A stretch of 64,000 nucleotides of DNA from an uncultured cyanobacterium (GCA_963740315.1 CAVUDP010000001.1:160001-224000); one strand, 5' to 3'; counted from the stretch's first letter, positions 12,946 through 24,350 are shown. Numbers and translations: made by a program. Notes: generated by a model not told the origin, from the sequence alone.

Positions 12946-14136
12946 TTATTCTATCGAAACCATCTTAGCTAAATTCTTGAGATAAGCTTTTCTAACTAGC
13001 ATTTGGGGGGTGTTATTTAATCCGACTTTATTTAGAACTTCTTCCCAACGATATACCCAATCATGCCTCAGCAATGAATGAATCATATTGTCTTTACGTA
13101 TTTTTTGCAGCCTTTCTGGTTGTGTATCCAATTCAGCTATGACATCTGCTATATCACCAGTATTGTAAGGCACTTCAATCGCAGCATCAGACCAGTTAAA
13201 ATGTTTAGTATAAGCTTCACAAACTGGTGGAGTTCCAATGATTACTGCTCCTCCTGCGGCTCCTTCAAAAAAGCGCGGACCTAACTCTTCTTGTCTTCCT
13301 ATTTGATTGCCGCTATCAAATTTTGCTTTATTAGCAATAAAATAACGGCTTCTTTTGATTAAATTACTATATAAAGTTCGATGTTCTTGATAATTCCTCA
13401 TTTCTAAACCTCTAAGGGTATCGTATAGATAAAGGAAGTTTTCGCGTTCCGTTAGTTCTAACAAAGACTTATGCATCATTGGCGAACGACGACCAATACT
13501 ATAAACATCGATATGTCTTTGAGGAACTTGTGGATAAGGACAAAACTTTACAGCATCGACGGCATAAGGCAAAGTATAGCAAGGGCGCTCAACTAGCTGA
13601 CTTATACCATCAACACTTTGACTCTGGGTGGTAAATATATAGTCAAAGTCTTTAGCTAGTTTTAAACAAAGTGCAGTTTTGCTATTTTCGAGTTCTTTTG
13701 CCCAAAGTTCATCTATCCATAAGACAGCTTTTTTACATTTGTCGCGCCATCCTTTAATCGCATTAATACAGGTTAAATCCCAAAAGTGTTGACAGATAAA
13801 GAATAATAAATCGTATTCTTTATCTATTACCAATTCTTCACAGCCAGAACGTAATAATTTACTTTGTTTGAAAGTTAAACCCGTGCGGTTAGAGACTTTT
13901 TTGTTTACTTGAGATTTCAAACCAGATGCATATACTGGTGAAAGCAAATCGGCGGAATCAAAATTACTAATTACATCTTCAAATTCGTATTCCGCCGAAC
14001 GAAAAGCTTCGGAGTGAAAACCCCGCATTGATACTATTAGAATACGGGGTTCTTTATGAGAATTAATTAGTGGTTTTTGAATGTTAAAGTTAACATTTGA
14101 TTGAAAACCCCATTTGCAATCTGTAGTTTCTAACAT
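12946..14136 (-). CDS. Glycosyltransferase (CgeB-like, GT-B)
   Basis: RFFEGAAGG and LLRHDWVYRW C-terminal motifs; polysaccharide cluster context. Confidence 0.75.
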   Translation of the reverse strand: MLETTDCKWGFQSNVNFNIQKPLINSHKEPRILIVSMRGFHSEAFRSAEYEFEDVISNFDSADLLSPVYASGLKSQVNKKVSNRTGLTFKQSKLLRSGCEELVIDKEYDLLFFICQHFWDLTCINAIKGWRDKCKKAVLWIDELWAKELENSKTALCLKLAKDFDYIFTTQSQSVDGISQLVERPCYTLPYAVDAVKFCPYPQVPQRHIDVYSIGRRSPMMHKSLLELTERENFLYLYDTLRGLEMRNYQEHRTLYSNLIKRSRYFIANKAKFDSGNQIGRQEELGPRFFEGAAGGAVIIGTPPVCEAYTKHFNWSDAAIEVPYNTGDIADVIAELDTQPERLQKIRKDNMIHSLLRHDWVYRWEEVLNKVGLNNTPQMLVRKAYLKNLAKMVSIE

Positions 14137-14156
14137 GAATAATTTTAAAATTTGAT

Positions 14157-15449
14157 TTAAGGTAGTATTTTGTTTATAAGTGCTTGTTTTGGAGCATTTA
14201 CCGTTTGCCAGTCATCATGCAATATACCTCCGGTACCCTTACTGTTAGGATTCCAGCACCAATAAGCAAAGCTCAGTTTTTTCTGTTTTATGTAGTTTAC
14301 AAACTTTCGTTGCCAAATACCTTCTTTGGATTTACTGTCAACGTGGTATCCACCAAATTCACCAACAAGAATGGGGGCAATACGCTTCGTATTAATATAG
14401 TTAAAACCGATTTCCCAGCGCTGGTAAAGATTATCGGGAAAAGTTGAATCTTTAAACCAAGACACTTTTGCACCACCATATTCGTGAGGAGAATATACTA
14501 ATTTGTGAGGTTTCTTCAGATGTACGGGATATTCCCGAACACCCTCTAAATTTGCACCCCAAAAGTAACCATGCTGTTGTTGATTGGGTACGTTTTTCTC
14601 TATTCCTTCTACTACAATCAACCAGTCAGGATTAACAGCAAGAATCTTGTCTCCAGCCTTTTGTGCGGCTAATCGCCAATCTGTTGAAGTGTCATCGGTT
14701 CCCCAAGAAGCAATACCGTGGGGTTCGTTTTTCAAATCTGCACCAATAACGTTGGGTTGATTTTTATAGCGTTTTGCTAAAAGAGTCCAAGTATCTATCC
14801 AATCTTTTTCTGTAAAACCATCTCCGTACCATACTTGTGAAATATGCCCATCTTTTAAACAATGACTATCTAATAAAATTAGTAATCCTTGTTTGCGTGC
14901 TTCTTGGATAATTAAATCCATAATTTCCAGAGGAGTTTTTCCCTGAAGTTCGGCATTTGCACCAATCGTAAAATCAACACCATAAATGTGTGAAGATTTA
15001 AGCCCTTCTACTGAATAAGGTAAGCGAATTAGGTTATAGCCTAAGCTTTTGATATGGGCGAGCATTTGCTTGTAGTCTCTTACCCATAATCCATGAGGTA
15101 CGTGGGTGCTAACTTCCATCCCAAACCAGTTGATACCACGCAGTAAAACGACTTTACCCGTACTATCAACAATCTGAGATTTTTGTGCGGATAATGGAGG
15201 CACAATGATAGTAGCTGCTACAGAAGTGTTACCTTTTAAAGCCGTTATAAATTGAGAAGAAAACAAACTTAAACTTATACAAGCGAAACCAAATATTAAG
15301 CCATTAAGAATATGTTTTTTAGATTTTCTCGACTCAATCTTGGTCATTCTAATATTGCATAGAAGTTTCCAAATACCTCGTATTAAAGGCTTAAATAACA
15401 AACGGTTAAATCGATCCAAAAGTTGCGAAATGTATGATTGAAGCAGCAT
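14157..15449 (-). CDS. Glycoside hydrolase family 5 endoglucanase, membrane-anchored or secreted
   Basis: GINWFG, PHGLW, DLKNEPH acid/base, YSPHEY, VGEFGG nucleophile, WNPNS. Confidence 0.92.
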   Translation of the reverse strand: MLLQSYISQLLDRFNRLLFKPLIRGIWKLLCNIRMTKIESRKSKKHILNGLIFGFACISLSLFSSQFITALKGNTSVAATIIVPPLSAQKSQIVDSTGKVVLLRGINWFGMEVSTHVPHGLWVRDYKQMLAHIKSLGYNLIRLPYSVEGLKSSHIYGVDFTIGANAELQGKTPLEIMDLIIQEARKQGLLILLDSHCLKDGHISQVWYGDGFTEKDWIDTWTLLAKRYKNQPNVIGADLKNEPHGIASWGTDDTSTDWRLAAQKAGDKILAVNPDWLIVVEGIEKNVPNQQQHGYFWGANLEGVREYPVHLKKPHKLVYSPHEYGGAKVSWFKDSTFPDNLYQRWEIGFNYINTKRIAPILVGEFGGYHVDSKSKEGIWQRKFVNYIKQKKLSFAYWCWNPNSKGTGGILHDDWQTVNAPKQALINKILP

Positions 15450-15491
15450 GATTTACAGCGAATTTAGGATTTACGCATTTAAATTATTTAA

Positions 15492-16658
15492 TTAAATAGA
15501 GTTAATTGCACTATCGACGCAGCTATAGAACTTTTCTCGCCGTAACAACGACCATGTAAGCCTGTTGTCAAGTAGTTTTGTGCGTTTGTCGGATAAATCG
15601 GATTGTTTACTTAACGCTAATAACTTCATTAAACTACCAGCAAAATATTCTGGTTCATCGGCTATTTCAATAGCAGACGGATAGTCTAATATTCCGCGCA
15701 TTGCAACAGTTGTAGCTACTATTGGACTTCCAGAAGCAATAGCATCTAGAGTTTTTATCTGAATTCCACCACCACTAATAGAAGGAATAGCGATTGCTTT
15801 GGCTAATGCCATAAATGCTTGTGCATCGGTTACAAAGCCGCAATATTTTACATTAGGATATCGTTCTAATAACCATTGGGCACCAGAACCAGCTACATGA
15901 ATTGATACATTTTTAGGTAAGTGAGGATAAACAGCTTGAAAAAACCACTCTAAACCAGACTTATTAGCTTTCCACGTCCAGCTTCCAATTATTCCAATAT
16001 CACAGTGTTTAGTTGCACAATTTTTGGGTGGTTTTGTGCGAATGGAAGGCAGATGAAACACTTTACTATTAAAGTTTTGACTAGAAAAGTAATTGGAATC
16101 ATGAGATGTAAGCGTCCATACTTGTTTTGATGAAACTGCTAAATGGTCTTCCATCTTTTTTATCAGACGAGCTTCTCTTTTGTATATGTGTTTTGATAAA
16201 TATTTACGTGCATTTTTTAACTGTTCTTGATAAAGTTGATGTTCTAAATTGTGAGCAATGAATATAACTTTAGATTCTTTAGCTAACAAAGGCAATAACC
16301 AACCTAATTGAGCATGGTCAATTATGACAGTATCGTAGTTATCTTTATGTAAAATATTTTTGATTTTCGTTAAATATTTTTTAGAGTAATACTTGGCTGC
16401 TGAATAAGGAAGCTGTTTTAATATGCTCAAAGCCATCCATAAAAATGGATGATATTTCGATTTAGAGGTTTCTATGTGTCGTTGTTCAACAACAACTTCA
16501 TTATCATTTTTAGAATTGTTATCGCCAAGTCGCTGATATCCAACAACTAAAACTTCGTGTCCGCAGTATTTTAAAGCGTTAATAAAGCACTGAGATGCGA
16601 TTTCACCACCAGTTCTTCTTCCACTTGGAAGAACGGTTGTTAAGTATAAAATTTTCAT
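15492..16658 (-). CDS. Glycosyltransferase family 4
   Basis: IAHNLEH, GGGIQIKTLDAIASG motifs. Confidence 0.85.
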   Translation of the reverse strand: MKILYLTTVLPSGRRTGGEIASQCFINALKYCGHEVLVVGYQRLGDNNSKNDNEVVVEQRHIETSKSKYHPFLWMALSILKQLPYSAAKYYSKKYLTKIKNILHKDNYDTVIIDHAQLGWLLPLLAKESKVIFIAHNLEHQLYQEQLKNARKYLSKHIYKREARLIKKMEDHLAVSSKQVWTLTSHDSNYFSSQNFNSKVFHLPSIRTKPPKNCATKHCDIGIIGSWTWKANKSGLEWFFQAVYPHLPKNVSIHVAGSGAQWLLERYPNVKYCGFVTDAQAFMALAKAIAIPSISGGGIQIKTLDAIASGSPIVATTVAMRGILDYPSAIEIADEPEYFAGSLMKLLALSKQSDLSDKRTKLLDNRLTWSLLRREKFYSCVDSAINSI

Positions 16659-16692
16659 AGAGTAAAATTTAGAAATAAGTTAGCAAAAAAAA

Positions 16693-17892
16693 TTAAATTA
16701 ATGACTTAATATCCGACACAACTTCCTGTATCACTTGAGTCCCAAATAACGATTCGAGCAGTTTTTTCTCAATGCGAATTTTTTGAGAGTTACCAAGTAA
16801 GTTAACAATTTCTCCTGCGAAAGATTGTTTATCTGAAGCAATTTTAAAATACTGTCTGACTGAAAGAGGTAAACCTGCTATTCCTTGCGGTGTAGAGACA
16901 ATCGGTTTACCAGCCATCAACATTTCTAGGGATTTGATACTAACCCCGCTACCCGTTAAAACTGGATTAATCAAAACGCGCCCAGAATTATAAATTTCTG
17001 TAGATGATGGCGGATTGATACTCAAATCTACGCCATCGATTTCTTCGCATAGCTGTCTAATTTTATTTACAGGTTTTGCCCCAGCAATTAAAACCTTGGG
17101 ATTAGATAAATGTGAGCGAACTTCGGGCAGAACTTGAGTTAAAAACCAAATAATCCCGGCTACATTATTATTAGAATATAGGTTGCCGAGAAAAACAATA
17201 TCATACTGAGGATATACGTTATTATGATGATTGTTCTCTATATCTTGAGAATGTTGAGATTGATAATCTATTAAAGGCGGTAAATAACGTCCATTTTTAA
17301 AACCATGAGATTTCCAAAATTTTAAATCTTCTGAGGAAATATCATAAAATAAAAGACTATTTTTTAGTAATGATTTCTCATAGGTTTCTAAATGCGAAAC
17401 TGATAAATATCTTTTGATTTTACTTGTACCGATCGCAGAAGCAAATAATCGTTGATAATACAAATGTTCAATGTTGTGGCAGCGAGTCACGATAGGTATA
17501 TCAAAGTGTTGACTTAGTTTAGATGCAACATCTCCACCGTGAATACCATCTAACCAAACAACATGAGGTTTGAAAGCACGAACTTGAGAAACTAAACGAT
17601 CTAATTTTTCTCCTTCAATAAGCCTGGAAGTAACTTCTAAAGGGTAGCGAAACAGGTTTAAAAGTCTATAAGCTTTAGAACATAAATCATATTTGAACGG
17701 AATAAAATACGCAGAGCTAACATATTTTTTAATTTCAGCTACTTCTTGATAGTGTGGTTTTTTATCAAACCAGCATATAAGCTGTAATTCAACACCAATT
17801 TCATAAAAAGCTTTTATCCTTCGCCACATATCTATCCTTCCGCCATGAATAGCAGGATAAGGAATGTCATGGCATACTAAAGTAATCTTCAT
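16693..17892 (-). CDS. Glycosyltransferase family 4
   Basis: PYPAIHGG, HNIEH, GSGVSIKSLEMLMAGKPIVST. Confidence 0.85.
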   Translation of the reverse strand: MKITLVCHDIPYPAIHGGRIDMWRRIKAFYEIGVELQLICWFDKKPHYQEVAEIKKYVSSAYFIPFKYDLCSKAYRLLNLFRYPLEVTSRLIEGEKLDRLVSQVRAFKPHVVWLDGIHGGDVASKLSQHFDIPIVTRCHNIEHLYYQRLFASAIGTSKIKRYLSVSHLETYEKSLLKNSLLFYDISSEDLKFWKSHGFKNGRYLPPLIDYQSQHSQDIENNHHNNVYPQYDIVFLGNLYSNNNVAGIIWFLTQVLPEVRSHLSNPKVLIAGAKPVNKIRQLCEEIDGVDLSINPPSSTEIYNSGRVLINPVLTGSGVSIKSLEMLMAGKPIVSTPQGIAGLPLSVRQYFKIASDKQSFAGEIVNLLGNSQKIRIEKKLLESLFGTQVIQEVVSDIKSLI

Positions 17893-17917
17893 ATTTATAT
17901 TGTTTTTATTACTACTA

Positions 17918-19234
17918 TTATTTCTGTTTAGTAAATTTTAAATTCATCCATTCTTCCTCTATCAAAGAAGAACTATAGGATTGATAACTTTTAGCTTGTT
18001 GATACTCTATAGCTAAGGAAAAAACTGTCGAAACATAAACTATCCAGAAAATACTGTTAGTTTCTACGAGAGTGCTTTCACTTATGTTGTACATAACTAA
18101 AAAAGTTAAATACATTAGAGGCCAAACTCCCTCTATACATTTAGTGATTCGCAACCACATTACACCTTTAAAAAAAGTACTAATAAAGCTCAGTAAAAAT
18201 ATTGAGAAGCCTACAAAACCCAATTCTGCTAATAAATCCATAAAACCGTTATGTCCGTAGGGACATTCCCATGCCAGAGTGCGCCAGAGGTAAGCAGTTA
18301 TTTCGCTATCCCAATCTCTCCAGACAGCGTTAAAACCATAACCTAACCAAGGGCGTTCCCAGATTAAGTCAAACATTGCACTCCATATGTCGGTACGTCC
18401 AGTTAGGGTTAAATCCTTCCCCAATGCATCCGCAACAACAGGCAAGTTATCCAACAACAACGTAGATATACTGCCAACTGTAAGTATCAGTGCGATCGTT
18501 AAAGGGATTAACTGGTTGTAATTGCGCCGCCAACTTCTATAGAGGGGCAAAATAGCTGTTAAAGACATACAAACTACTAAAGAAGACTTTGAAGTTGAAA
18601 GTACGACTAAAGCAATAGAAAGAATATAACCAGCCCAAGGAAGCCATCGATATTTACGCTTACGAATAGGATTGCTCATGGCAACAAATAAAAACACCAT
18701 GTTGCTGAAAACCATTAATCGACCCAAGATATTTTTGTGAGTCATTATTCCCCGCCAAGATCCAGCGTGAATCCCCCCCTCTTGAACGGTCATTAATCCA
18801 TATTTCGGCAGTGCGATCGCAAATATACAACTCAGTACAATTACTATGCCTAGAGCCACGGCTAATAGCTGTAATTGTTCTCTCAAAGTGAAGCGCATCG
18901 CCATATAGACGGCAAATACACTTGTGCCTAAAAGCAGTACGCTACGTCGTGGAGTAACGTCCGGTGCAAAAGTCCATAATATTGACGCTAAAACAATTCC
19001 TAAAAATAACCATATCCAAATATCTTTTTGTGCAGTGCGTACAAAATTTTTCTGATACTTCACTATCAACAAGAAAGTAATAGTATAGATTCCCATAAAA
19101 AATTTGGGGCTGTAAGAGTCGCTACCTATACTTCCACTACCTCCTTCTATAAGTACGGGTATCAAGGCACTTGTAGAAAGAAAAAGAGTGAATACCACGA
19201 ATATCTGTTCGGCTAGCTTTGGTAATTTTGGCAT
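17918..19234 (-). CDS. O-antigen ligase/polymerase (Wzy_C) family membrane protein
   Basis: Multiple TM segments; HKNILG, TLTGRTDIW, RPWLGYG, HNGFMDLL. Confidence 0.9.
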   Translation of the reverse strand: MPKLPKLAEQIFVVFTLFLSTSALIPVLIEGGSGSIGSDSYSPKFFMGIYTITFLLIVKYQKNFVRTAQKDIWIWLFLGIVLASILWTFAPDVTPRRSVLLLGTSVFAVYMAMRFTLREQLQLLAVALGIVIVLSCIFAIALPKYGLMTVQEGGIHAGSWRGIMTHKNILGRLMVFSNMVFLFVAMSNPIRKRKYRWLPWAGYILSIALVVLSTSKSSLVVCMSLTAILPLYRSWRRNYNQLIPLTIALILTVGSISTLLLDNLPVVADALGKDLTLTGRTDIWSAMFDLIWERPWLGYGFNAVWRDWDSEITAYLWRTLAWECPYGHNGFMDLLAELGFVGFSIFLLSFISTFFKGVMWLRITKCIEGVWPLMYLTFLVMYNISESTLVETNSIFWIVYVSTVFSLAIEYQQAKSYQSYSSSLIEEEWMNLKFTKQK

Positions 19235-19904
19235 ACCGAATATATTTCCTAAAATATTAATTTTTGATGAAATAAAATACCAGTTTTTTAAAGGTATTGT
19301 TAAAATTCATACTTTTTTCAAGTGAAATAAAAGATGAAGTTTTTCAATTAATGAACTAACTATCTGGTTTTGTCAATAGAGTAATATTGCTTTATCTAGC
19401 TTTTAAACTTTTGCTGAATTACTTCATGATTTGTATATATTATAATGCTTGAAAACCTTATAAATAAAGCTATACTTGACTCGCAGACTTCAGTATATAT
19501 ATAACAATTTCAATATACTGAATATATTAATTCACCAATTATGCGTGCTTTTACTTGCTTTTTTATAGTAGCCAACTCAGATTTTGCTTAATCTTCATCG
19601 GCTAATTTTTTTTCAGTAAAGTTTTTATTATTTTGCCTTTATTAGTACCGAACCGAGATATGTTAAGAATATCGCTCTATTATCAAGTTTCAAACAAGAT
19701 ATGTCGTAGCCTATCAGAGGAATTATTTAGATGTAGTAATATGCAAATAGCCTAAAGCGAAACATCGCAATTTAAATACTATATTCATGGAACACTACAG
19801 ATACTATTGTTAATTATCGGTAAAGTAATATAAATAAACTTGTAAGTTGACAATTCGCTTATTGACGGAAACTATATATTAAATTGTTTTGAATGGGATT
19901 TTGA

Positions 19905-22233
19905 ATGGAAACACAAATGCCTTCCATAGAACAAGATTTGCAGCCTTTGAACAAAACCGAATCGTTATCAAGAGAACCATACTGGTTACTAAAAAGACCT
20001 CAAAATGTTGAAGAAGAAAATATTGGTTTTGGTCAATTTTTCTCAATTTTGCGTCGTCGAGCAGCTTTGATTGCTAGCGTAGCGGTAATAGCAGCGACAG
20101 GGGCTGCTATGTGGGGTTCAACTCGTACTCCTAAGTATGAAGGTAAGTTTCAATTACTAGTTGAACCTTTAACAAATTCTGAAAGCGAGCTATTAGTTTT
20201 ACTGTCTCAAACTCTTCAGCAAGATGTAAACAAAATTACAAGACAAAACAATACGGCTCTGGATTATCAGGCTTTAGTAGAGGTTTTAAAAAGTCCGAAA
20301 ATCATCGAACCAGTAGTTAATGAAATTCAGGCTAAATATCCAGGAGTTAGCTATGGCAAGTTAGTTGGAGGTGGCAAAGCTGGTAAAGTACCTAGCAGCG
20401 TCAAAGAAGGTGAATTGCACATTAGCCGACTCTCTCAAGGTGAAACTGAATCCAGAGTTATAGAAGTTCGTTACAAGGATTCTAATCCCGATAAAGTTTT
20501 GTATGTATTAGATAAAGTATCTCAAGCTTATCGTTCGTACAGCCTAGATCAACAGCAAACGAATTTACGTCAAGGAATCAAATTTGTAGAACAGCAGATT
20601 CCGAAATTGCGATTGCGAGTGGATACACTGCAAGGAGATATGCAGCGCTTTCAGCAAAATTACAGCCTATTCGATCCAGAACTTCAAGGGAAACAACTGC
20701 TTGAGAGGGTGGATCAACTTCAAACTACGAAAATAGAAGCGTCGAAAAGGCTCGCCGAAGCAAAGTCACTTTACGCTTCACTACAAAATCAGTTAGGAAT
20801 GCCGCAAGATGCAGCGATCGCAGCTTCAGCTTTGAGCGAATCACCGCAGTATCAACAGATACTCAAGCGCGTTCGAGATATAGAAGCTGAAATTGCCACG
20901 GAGTCGGTACGTCTGAGCGATGCCAACCCGGTAATGCAGTCTTTAAGACAGCAACGCCAGAAATTATTACCTTTATTAGAACGGGAAGCGCAATTGGCTT
21001 TAGGTTCTAACGCCTCCGTTGAAACACTTAATTCGCAAGTTGGAACTTATCAAAATTCAGTTCGGCGCGAACTAATTCAAAATATGGCTGACACTGCAAA
21101 TCAGATTCAGTTATTAGAAGCGAGCTTGCAGGCTACCAATGATGCTTTAATCGAATCGAACCAACGTATAAAACAATATCCTCAAGTTGCAGGTAGATAT
21201 GCCAATCTAGAACGTGAATTGCAAGTGGCTAGCGATACTCTCAAGCAGCTTTTAACCAAACAAGAAGCGTTACGAGTAGATGCTGCTCAGCAAGAAGTTC
21301 CTTGGGAATTAATTATGCCTCCAAGGCTACCGCGAGATAACACTGGGCAATTTGTAGCCGATGCTTCTAAGGGTAAGTTTAATATTATTTTAGGAGGAGT
21401 AGGAGGTTTACTCTTAGGTGTTCTAGCTGCTTTTCTTCTGGAAAATGCTCAAAATGTTTTTCACGATTCGCAAGAAGTTAAACGAACTGCAAAGTTACCT
21501 TTATTAGCAACAATTCCTTACCGTAAAGAATTGAAACTATTACCTCCTGCCGATAAAGAGTTAGTTTATGCGTTAGAAAAAGACGATTCGCTTACTTCCC
21601 CCAATTAAGAGCAATAAAAGTAAAGACTACGGAGCGTCTCCCTATACACAAGCTTTTTACTCTTTGTATACGAGAATTCAAGCTTTAAGAGAAGAAGCTC
21701 ATATTTCTTCGTTAGTAATTACATCGGCAAATCCGGGAGAAGGTAAATCTACGGTAGCAACAACTTTTGCAAAAACCGCCGCCGAAGCTGGTTTACGGGT
21801 GCTGTTGGTAGATGCTAATTTACAAAACCCCCAGGTGCATCACAGTTTAGGTTTGATAAATACCCAGGGATTAAGCGAAATACTTTTTCAAGGCTTAGAT
21901 TTGAACGATGCGATCGGGCAATCCTATGAAGAAGAAAATTTATTCGTTATCACCGCCGGAGAGATACCGCGCAATCCTGCAAAGTTGTTCTCTTCACCAA
22001 GAATGCGGAATTTTGTCAAGCGATCGCAAACTGATTTTGATTTAGTGGTGTACGACACTCCTCATATTTTGGGACGTTTGGACACCAGTATTTTAGCTAC
22101 CCATGCCGATGCAATTTTGATGGTTGTCGGACTCGGTAAAACCGTTCGCCCTTCACTTTCAACAGCATTGGATGAATTGGAAGCCGGACGCAATCGCGTT
22201 TTGGGTATAGTTTCCAACAGTATGGAATCTTAA
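19905..22233 (+). pseudogene. wzc: Wzc-like polysaccharide co-polymerase/BY-kinase split by a single frameshift (ORFs 19905-21608 and 21664-22233)
   Basis: N-terminal TM/coiled-coil/TM GumC-like part; second frame open from about 21577 encodes SPYTQAFYSLYTRI, GEGKST, LLVDAN, VVYDTP; removing one C in TCCCCC (about 21598-21602) fuses the two. Confidence 0.75.
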
Positions 22234-22294
22234 GTAATCGCTCAAAGCCGATTATCTAAGCATCAAAATTTAATAAATTCCTACAATATAAATT

Positions 22295-23632
22295 GTGAAT
22301 TCCTTAAACGCAATTACCAGGTACATCAAGAAAAAAGTATCTAGTCAGTTCATTCGTAATCTTGGCTGGCTAGGTATGGCTGAGATATTTTACAGAATCC
22401 TACGTTTAGGACTAGTAGTGATTATAGCCCGGTATTTAACTCGCTATGATTACGGTTTGGGAGCGATTATTCTCGCCGTGCGGGAGTTTGCGATTACTTT
22501 TGCTGATGTCGGTATCGGCGCAAAGATTATTCAAGCTGATGAGAAACAACTCCCGCAGTTATGTAATTCTGCTTTTTGGTTAAACTGGCTGATTTTCGCC
22601 ACTTTATTCATGATTCAGGCTATTATTGCATTCCCAATTGCTTGGTTTTATCAAAGTAAAGATATTATTTTTCCAATTATTGTTACCGGAATAGCTTATT
22701 TAATTTGGCCTATTCACGGTATTCAAAAAACATTAATTCAAAGAGAAAATCGGTTTAAAGTTATCGCATTCACGGACACAGTTCAATACTGTATTTCCGG
22801 TATATTAACCGCAATTTTTGCCGTTATGGGTATGGGAGTATGGGCGTTTGCTCTACCTATAGTCATAGTCGCACCTTTAGAAACAATAATATATTACAAA
22901 TATCATTCCTGGCGACCAAAAGAAGGATTCACAACCTTATATTGGGACGAGATATTAAGTTTTGGCAAAAATATTCTCGGTGTGGGATTATTAAAAACTT
23001 TAAGAAACAATTTAGATTATTTAATAGTTGGACGTTTTGTCGGAATTGAAGAGTTAGGAATCTACTTTTTTGGTTTCAATGCTGGTTTAGGAATCAGTTT
23101 AAGTATTATCAACGCAATTAGTTCGGTGATGCTGCCTCATTTATGTGCGGCGCGTACAGAATGGATGGAATTCCGGCATCGCTATTTTCACAGTCTTAGA
23201 ACTATTGCTATTATCATAGTCCCTTTTGTTTTATTTCAAGCTAGTTTAGCTCCTTTCTACGTTCCTATTGTTTTTGGCGAACAGTGGATACCCGCCATCC
23301 CAATATTAATTTTAATTTGTTTATCAGCAATTCCCAGACCTTTTGCAGATGCTGCATCTCAATTATTAGTAGCTATTGGAAAACCTCATTTAGATTTACG
23401 TTGGAACGTCATATTTACTAGCTTATTTGCCCTCTTCTTATTTCTCGGAGTTAACAGTCAAGTTATTGTTAGTACTTTGTTTGGTGCCGATACTGTTAAC
23501 AGTTTGACATTAATATTAGGAGAAAATTGGAAAGTTCTTGGAATAGCTTTAGCTGTTTTATTAGTTCATCTGTTTTTCTTACCGTTTTTTACGATATGGG
23601 CGACACGTTATGTGTTTCCGAAGAAAGTTTAG
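22295..23632 (+). CDS. Wzx-type polysaccharide flippase
   Basis: Multi-TM; ARYLTRYDYG, NLDYLIVGRFVG, FGEQWIPA. Confidence 0.88.
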   Translation: MNSLNAITRYIKKKVSSQFIRNLGWLGMAEIFYRILRLGLVVIIARYLTRYDYGLGAIILAVREFAITFADVGIGAKIIQADEKQLPQLCNSAFWLNWLIFATLFMIQAIIAFPIAWFYQSKDIIFPIIVTGIAYLIWPIHGIQKTLIQRENRFKVIAFTDTVQYCISGILTAIFAVMGMGVWAFALPIVIVAPLETIIYYKYHSWRPKEGFTTLYWDEILSFGKNILGVGLLKTLRNNLDYLIVGRFVGIEELGIYFFGFNAGLGISLSIINAISSVMLPHLCAARTEWMEFRHRYFHSLRTIAIIIVPFVLFQASLAPFYVPIVFGEQWIPAIPILILICLSAIPRPFADAASQLLVAIGKPHLDLRWNVIFTSLFALFLFLGVNSQVIVSTLFGADTVNSLTLILGENWKVLGIALAVLLVHLFFLPFFTIWATRYVFPKKV

Positions 23633-23699
23633 AAGTTGTAAGGATTGGGCATGGGGCATTGAGAAGTTTATAAGACGTTAAATGGTAAGAAAAAACTTA

Positions 23700-23757
23700 A
23701 TCCGTCTAGGACTGCAAGTCCCAGTCTAATAGCAGAAGTCCATTAAAATGGACTGAA
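23700..23757. repeat. Small dispersed double-hairpin element
   Basis: GGACT-GCA-AGTCC and AGTCCATT-AA-AATGGACT hairpins in tandem. Confidence 0.45.
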
Positions 23758-23770
23758 TATAAACTTAGTT

Positions 23771-23968
23771 TGTAGGTTGGGTTAAAGAAAATCAAATTTC
23801 GTTTGTAACGCCTGCTTTATAATTATCCTGTCGTAACTCAACATTACTCTTTTGTGATAAGTTGAGAAATTTAAGAATACCCCCTGCCATAATTTGTTGG
23901 GTTACAGCGCTAACATAATTTCTTGTTGAGCATCATTATTCTTCGTGCGCCGTGAAGCTAACCTACAA
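23771..23968. repeat. Degenerate GTAG-REP doublet of the family found at 39.4-42.3 kb
   Basis: GTAGGTTGGGTTA...CGTAACTCAACA followed by TGTTGGGTTAC...TCGTGCGCC...AACCTAC in inverted arrangement. Confidence 0.7.
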
Positions 23969-23989
23969 ACTACAAACTAAACTCAACAT

Positions 23990-24199
23990 TCATGGTTTAT
24001 TTTTCAAAATATTAAAAATCGCCTCTCGACTTACTGTTTCTGTATCTTCACCTTCTTTAATGGCTCTTTCCAAAGCTATATCTTCAATAACTTCTGCAAA
24101 CAGATCGGAAAATACTTCTTGATTTTCTCGAATTACTTCAACCAATGCGGTTTTAAATATTTGCTTAATTTCATCTGAATCAAGGTTCAATTCTGTCAT
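23990..24199 (-). CDS. Small acidic hypothetical protein, antitoxin-like, no toxin partner visible
   Basis: 69 aa; IEDIALERAIKEG..TETVSREAIF resembles the C-terminus of RelE/ParE-cognate antitoxins. Confidence 0.6.
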   Translation of the reverse strand: MTELNLDSDEIKQIFKTALVEVIRENQEVFSDLFAEVIEDIALERAIKEGEDTETVSREAIFNILKNKP

Positions 24200-24223
24200 G
24201 TTATTTTTTAAATAAACTGTAAA

Positions 24224-24350
24224 GAGTTAGGAGTTGAGAGTTATGAGTTAGGAGTTAGTAGTTTAAATTTCTCCTTGTCCCCTTGTCCCCCCATCTCCCC
24301 ATCTCCCCATCTTCCCCCTCTTCCCTCTCTACCCCCTCTACCCCCTCTCC
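24224..24350. repeat. STRR tracts (GAGTTAG, CCCCTTGT, CCCCATCT, CCCCCTCTA units)
   Basis: Direct 7-9 bp tandem units. Confidence 0.8.
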
